DNA of 64,000 nt. Origin: an uncultured delta proteobacterium. GTDB lineage: Bacteria > Myxococcota_A > UBA9160 > SMWR01. Shown here in pieces: positions 59,721-64,000 of the stretch. The DNA lies in contig CAWHTE010000011.1 in assembly GCA_963832165.1 (NCBI GenBank), positions 512,001 to 576,000 on the forward strand, read 5' to 3'. Positions within the stretch are counted from its first letter, which is position 1; each line of letters begins with the position of its first letter. The notes below the pieces were generated by a model. It ran no database searches. It had not been told where the DNA came from and saw only the letters and a list, made by a program, of their open reading frames with translations. Made by a program: the position numbers and the translations under genes.

Positions 59721-60944
59721 GTGACGCAGACCGCCATCGCCGCGCCGCGCATCTATTCGGTGGGCGCGGTCGTCGCGGGCGTGCGCCGGGTGCTCGAGGA
59801 TCGCGTCGGATCGCTCTGGGTGGTCGGCGAGGTCAGCAACCTGCGGCGCCCGGCGTCGGGCCACCTCTACTTCACGCTCAAGGATGCAGAGGGTCAGCTG
59901 CGCGCGGCGCTGTTCCGCGGCTCGGCGCGGCGGCTCGCGTTCGAGCCCGAGGACGGGCTCGAAGTGCTCGTCTACGGTGAGATCACGGTCTACGGCGAGC
60001 GCGGCGAGCTCCAGATCGTGGTACGCGAGCTCGTACCGCGCGGTGTCGGCGCGCTCCAGGTGGCGTTCGAGCAGCTGCGGCGCCGGCTCGACGCGGAGGG
60101 CTTGTTCGATGTCGCGCGCAAGCGCGCGCTGCCGCGCGTGCCGCGCCGGGTCGGGATCGTCACCTCGGCCTCGGGCGCCGCGCTGCACGACGTGCTCGAG
60201 GTGGCGCGCCGGCGGCTGCCGGGCCTGCCGCTGCGGCTCGCGGCGTGCCGCGTGCAGGGGCTCGGCGCGGATCACGAGGTGGCGGGCGCGCTCGACACGC
60301 TCGCGCGCTACGGCGAGGTCGACGTGATCCTGCTCGTGCGCGGCGGCGGCTCGCTCGAGGATCTCCAGCCGTTCAACAGCGAGGTGCTCGCGCGCGCGAT
60401 CGCTGTGTCTCCGATTCCGATCGTCGCGGGGATCGGGCACGAGATCGACGTGACGATCGCGGACCTCGTCGCGGACGCACGCGCGCCCACGCCGTCGGCA
60501 GCGGCCGAGCTCGCGATCCCGGACGCGCGCGCGCTGCTGGGTGCGCTCGCGCGTCAGCGCGAGCGGCTCGCGCGCGGCATGCGCGTGGTGGTCGAGCGAC
60601 AGCGCGCCGCGTGGCTCGCGAGCGAGGCCGCGTTGCGCGCGCACGCGCCCGCCCAGCGCGTCGCGCTGGGCCGCGAGCGGCTGGAAGCCGTGCGCCGCGG
60701 TCTCGCCCACGCGATCGAGAGCGAGCTCGAGCAACGGCGGTCGCGGCTCGGGCGCCGCGCTGCCGCGCTCGATTCGCTCTCGCCGCTCGCGGTGCTCGGG
60801 CGCGGCTACGGGCTCGTGCGCCGCTCGCGCGATGGCGCGATCGTGCGCGACGCCGGCGACGCTCCGCCGGGCGAATCACTCGACGTGCGCGTCGCACGCG
60901 CGGATCTCGAGGTGCGCGTCCAGCGGTCCCGTAGGGCGGATTAG
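59721..60944 (+). CDS. xseA: Exodeoxyribonuclease VII large subunit
   Basis: GEVSN...SGHLYFTLKD, RGGGSLEDL, GHEID, PTPSAAAE, LSPLAVLGRGY. Confidence 0.96.
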   Translation: MTQTAIAAPRIYSVGAVVAGVRRVLEDRVGSLWVVGEVSNLRRPASGHLYFTLKDAEGQLRAALFRGSARRLAFEPEDGLEVLVYGEITVYGERGELQIVVRELVPRGVGALQVAFEQLRRRLDAEGLFDVARKRALPRVPRRVGIVTSASGAALHDVLEVARRRLPGLPLRLAACRVQGLGADHEVAGALDTLARYGEVDVILLVRGGGSLEDLQPFNSEVLARAIAVSPIPIVAGIGHEIDVTIADLVADARAPTPSAAAELAIPDARALLGALARQRERLARGMRVVVERQRAAWLASEAALRAHAPAQRVALGRERLEAVRRGLAHAIESELEQRRSRLGRRAAALDSLSPLAVLGRGYGLVRRSRDGAIVRDAGDAPPGESLDVRVARADLEVRVQRSRRAD

Positions 60945-60969
60945 CGAGCGAAGCGAGCGCAATCCGCCA
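60931..60969 (+). repeat. GTAG-type REP-like palindrome, copy 2
   Basis: GTAGGGCGGATTAGC-GAGCGAAGCGA-GCGCAATCCGCCA. Confidence 0.75.
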
Positions 60970-61006
60970 CTCGGCGCCTGCGTGATCGCAGTGGTAGAGT
61001 GGCCGC

Positions 61007-61264
61007 GTGAGCGACCCCCGCGACACGAACGACCTCGCGTTCGAGGGCGCACTCGACGAGCTCGAAGCCCTCGTCGAGCGGCTCGAAGTGGGCGACCTCG
61101 CGCTCGAGCAGGCGCTCGCGACCTTCGAGCGCGGCGTGGCGCTGTCGCGCCGCTGCGCCGAGCTGCTCGACCGCGCCGAGCAGCGCATCGACGAGCTCGT
61201 GCGTGCGCAGGGTGGCGCTGCGGTGCGGCCGTTCTCGCCCGAGAGCGCGCCGCGCGAGGACTGA
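61007..61264 (+). CDS. xseB: Exodeoxyribonuclease VII small subunit
   Basis: FEGALDELE.LV.RLE.GDL.LE.AL..FERG. Confidence 0.95.
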   Translation: MSDPRDTNDLAFEGALDELEALVERLEVGDLALEQALATFERGVALSRRCAELLDRAEQRIDELVRAQGGAAVRPFSPESAPRED

Positions 61265-61269
61265 TCGGG

Positions 61270-62106
61270 ATGGACGCGCAGGACTATCTCGCCGCGTGCC
61301 TTCCGCGCGTCGACCGCGCGCTCGAGGCCGTGCTGCCGCGCGCAGACGAGCCGCCCGCGCGTCTGCACGCGGCGATGCGCCATCTGCTGTTCCCGGGCGG
61401 CAAGCGGCTGCGCCCCGCGCTCGCGCTCGCGGCGGCCGAGGCGGTCGGCGGGAATCCGGACGCGGCGTTGCCCGCGGCGGTCGCGGTCGAGCTCGTGCAC
61501 GTGTACTCGCTCGTGCACGACGATCTCCCGTGCATGGACGACGACGACGAGCGCCGTGGGCGCCCCACCGTGCACGTGGCGTTCGACGAGGCGACCGCAG
61601 TGCTCGCGGGCGACGCGCTGCTCACGGCCGCGTTCGGCGCGCTCGTCGCGGGCGCCAGCGAGCGCGACGCGGCCGCGCGCGTGCTCGCGGTGCGCGACCT
61701 CGCGCGCGCGGCGGGCGCGGCGGGCCTGGTCGGAGGGCAGGTGGACGACCTCGGCGGTGCGTTCGAGAGCGCGGCGGCGGTCGAGAGCGTGCACGCGCGC
61801 AAGTCCGCAGCGCTGATCGCGGCCGCGATCAGCGCGGGTGCGCGGCTCGCGGGCGCGAGCGAGGCCGTGCTCGCGAAGCTTCACGCGGCGGGCATCGCCA
61901 CGGGGATCGCCTTCCAGATCACCGACGATCTGCTCGACGCGGGCGAGGACGAGGGCTGCTCGCTCGTGCGCGTGATCGGCGAGGCTGCGGCGCGCGAGCG
62001 CGCGCAGGTCCTGCTCGACTCGGCGCTCGCCGAGATCGCCGGACTCGGCGAGCGCGCCGAGCCGCTGCGCGCGCTGCTGCGCTACGCCGTGCAGCGGAAG
62101 CTCTAG
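61270..62106 (+). CDS. ispA: Geranyltranstransferase / polyprenyl synthase
   Basis: GGKRLRP, SLVHDDLPCMDDDDERRG.PT, GGQ, FQITDDLLD. Confidence 0.93.
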   Translation: MDAQDYLAACLPRVDRALEAVLPRADEPPARLHAAMRHLLFPGGKRLRPALALAAAEAVGGNPDAALPAAVAVELVHVYSLVHDDLPCMDDDDERRGRPTVHVAFDEATAVLAGDALLTAAFGALVAGASERDAAARVLAVRDLARAAGAAGLVGGQVDDLGGAFESAAAVESVHARKSAALIAAAISAGARLAGASEAVLAKLHAAGIATGIAFQITDDLLDAGEDEGCSLVRVIGEAAARERAQVLLDSALAEIAGLGERAEPLRALLRYAVQRKL

Positions 62107-62114
62107 CGAAAGCT

Positions 62115-62897
62115 TTGAAGGGGCTGCGGCTCGACGAGCGGATGGTTCGCGATGGGCTCGCCGATTCGCGCACGCGCGCGCAGGCGTTGATTCGCGCGGG
62201 CCAGGTGCTCGTCGACGACACGCCCCAGGACAAGCCGGGCACGCGCGTGCGCGACGAATCCCAGGTGCGCGTGCGCGGCGAGATCAAGCGCTATGCGTCG
62301 CGCGGCGGCGAGAAGCTCGCGGGCGCGCTCGAAGACCTCGGCGTCGCGGTCGAGGGGCGCGCGTGCCTCGACGTGGGCGCGTCGACCGGCGGCTTCACCG
62401 ACTGCCTGCTCCAGCGCGGCGCGCGGTCGGTGGTGGCGGTGGACGTGGGCTACGGCCAGCTCGACGCGCGGCTGCGCGCCGACCCGCGCGTACACGTGCG
62501 CGATCGCACCAACGCGCGCCACCTCGAGCCCGACGCGCTGCCCGAGCCCGTGTCGCTCGTGACCGCGGACGTGTCGTTCATCTCGCTGCGCCTGGTCCTG
62601 CCCGCGCTCGCGCGCTGCGCGCCGGATGCAGAGTGGCTCCTGCTCGTGAAGCCGCAGTTCGAGGTCGGCCCCGAGCTCGTCGGCAAGGGAGGCGTGGTGC
62701 GCGACGACGCGCTGCGCGCGCAGGCGGCCGATGGCGTCGCGCGGGAGGCGGCGCGCCTGGGCTTCGACGAGGTGGCGCGCTGCGACAGCCGCGTCGCGGG
62801 CCCGAGCGGCAATCGCGAGATCTTCGTGCGTTTCGTTCGGCGCGCCCAGTCAGGCGATCGCCAACCGATAGACGCGCGCAGCCGTGCCGCCGAATAG
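62115..62897 (+). CDS. tlyA: TlyA family rRNA 2'-O-methyltransferase
   Basis: S4 domain, YASRGGEKL, LDVGASTGGFTD, DVSFISL, KPQFE, GNRE. Confidence 0.95.
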   Translation: MKGLRLDERMVRDGLADSRTRAQALIRAGQVLVDDTPQDKPGTRVRDESQVRVRGEIKRYASRGGEKLAGALEDLGVAVEGRACLDVGASTGGFTDCLLQRGARSVVAVDVGYGQLDARLRADPRVHVRDRTNARHLEPDALPEPVSLVTADVSFISLRLVLPALARCAPDAEWLLLVKPQFEVGPELVGKGGVVRDDALRAQAADGVAREAARLGFDEVARCDSRVAGPSGNREIFVRFVRRAQSGDRQPIDARSRAAE

Positions 62898-63902
62898 CGC
62901 GGCCTTCTCGTCGCGCGAGCAATCCGCGGCCAGTCGCTTGAAGGCGTTCCAGAGCGTCGCGTAGCTGCAGGTGAGGCTGTCGACCGGGAAGTTGCTCTCG
63001 AACATGCAGCGCGCGGCGCCGAACGCTTCGATGCAGGTCTCGATGTAGGGCTTCCAATCGCGCGCGAGGGCTTCGGAGGAGACGCGCGGCGACGCGTTGA
63101 ACGACGCGAAGCCCGCGAACGGCATCGCGAGCCCGCCCAGCTTCACGATCGCGTTCGGGCACTCGGCCAGCGCGCGAATGCTCTCGCGCCACGCGCCGAA
63201 GCGCGCCTCGCGCTTGCCCGCGTAGGCGCCGATGCCGAGCGGTGTGCCGACGTGGTCGAGCACGATCGCCGTGTCCGGAAACGCCTGCGCGAGCTCGCAG
63301 AGCTCGGGGATCTGGGGCTCGAGCAGCCACGCGTCGAACGAGAGACCGAGGCGCGAGAGGACTGCGAAGCCCTCGCGGAACTTCCGGTCGCGGTAGAGGC
63401 CCGCCGGCACGCGTCCCGCGAGCGGACCGAGCACCGCGTCGTCCTCGTCCCACGAGGCGCTTTGCCGGATCCCGCGGAAGCGCGCCGGCGCGGCCGCGAC
63501 GTGTGCGCGCAGCACCTCCTCCACGGCGCCGCCCATGCGCAGATCGGCGTGACCCACGATGCCCGCGCACGCGCGCACGTCGCCGTAGAGACCGCTCGCG
63601 GTCATCGCGGCGACGCCGTTCACGAACTCGGTCTCGCCGACACAGCGCAGCGGTGCGGGCCCGTCCGCGCGGTACATCGCGCCGCACTCGAGATAGACCG
63701 TGGCGCGCACGTTGTGTCCGCTCGCGAGGTCCGCGAGCAGCTCGTCGAGCAGGTAGCGCGACGTGCCGCGGATGATCTCCTCGAAGCCGTGACCGGTCTG
63801 CGGCATCGCGGCCAGGAGCGTGGAGGGCCGATCCCAGAGGTGGTGATGCGGATCGACGATCGGGAGATCGGGCTCGAGAATGGGCTCGGTGGCGGTGGTC
63901 AT
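62850..63902 (-). CDS. Amidohydrolase family protein (amidohydro_2)
   Basis: DPHHHLW, RGIR, VLDHVG, KLGG, FESNFPVD. Confidence 0.9.
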   Translation of the reverse strand: MTTATEPILEPDLPIVDPHHHLWDRPSTLLAAMPQTGHGFEEIIRGTSRYLLDELLADLASGHNVRATVYLECGAMYRADGPAPLRCVGETEFVNGVAAMTASGLYGDVRACAGIVGHADLRMGGAVEEVLRAHVAAAPARFRGIRQSASWDEDDAVLGPLAGRVPAGLYRDRKFREGFAVLSRLGLSFDAWLLEPQIPELCELAQAFPDTAIVLDHVGTPLGIGAYAGKREARFGAWRESIRALAECPNAIVKLGGLAMPFAGFASFNASPRVSSEALARDWKPYIETCIEAFGAARCMFESNFPVDSLTCSYATLWNAFKRLAADCSRDEKAALFGGTAARVYRLAIA

Positions 63903-63969
63903 GGTGGGCTCCCGTGCGTCCCCCTGGGGGGAAAGAATCGATTTCCAGCCCATTGTCCCGCGCCTCCGC

Positions 63970-63998
63970 TTGAACCGCCTCCTTGCCGATCCTATGTT
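63970..63998 (+). promoter_or_regulatory. Sigma70-like promoter for a gene beyond the window
   Basis: TTGAAC-17 nt-TATGTT. Confidence 0.45.
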
Positions 63999-64000
63999 CG

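Noticed and set aside
57642..60734. Very long antisense and alternative-frame ORFs (for example 57642-60734, 49939-53595, 41433-44375)
   Set aside because: Shadow ORFs expected from stop-codon scarcity in high-GC DNA; they have no motifs and overlap well-supported genes.
62850..62897. 48-bp convergent overlap of tlyA and the amidohydrolase gene
   Set aside because: Short 3' overlaps are ordinary in GC-rich genomes.

Overview
High-GC (roughly 70% by eye) bacterial chromosomal window, most likely Myxococcota or a related deltaproteobacterial lineage. This is an inference from a RomY-like gene upstream of ftsE-ftsX-envC-ctpA, a System I*-type CcmE and an xseA-xseB-ispA-tlyA operon without dxs. 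It holds about 60 genes. Housekeeping genes: trmB, rlmN, ffh, plsB-like, hisG, engB, ftsEX, envC, ctpA, xseAB, ispA, tlyA. Other content: a partial cytochrome c maturation cluster, the F420 genes cofD-cofC-cofE, a three-heme RoxA/RoxB-like cytochrome, an adenylating enzyme-carrier protein-GNAT cassette, a beta-propeller plus lamin-tail/PEP-CTERM pair, DUF2339-DUF3999 and a decayed accessory patch at 29.2-32.8 kb. Many genes, mainly at 35-54 kb, carry single-base frameshifts that look like long-read errors. The most unexpected signals are non-coding: (1) four sigma54 promoters whose start codons sit at the predicted transcription start (leaderless), three sharing a YGYA-N5-TRCR box centred at about -90; (2) a roughly 420-nt highly structured plus-strand RNA candidate at 24.57-24.99 kb; (3) GAA-triloop/REP-like repeats, one lying in frame inside plsB; (4) an unrecognised zinc-ribbon gene behind a 480-bp control region. 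No rRNA, tRNA, CRISPR array, transposase, integrase or reverse transcriptase was seen. All family calls come from motif recognition, not database searches.
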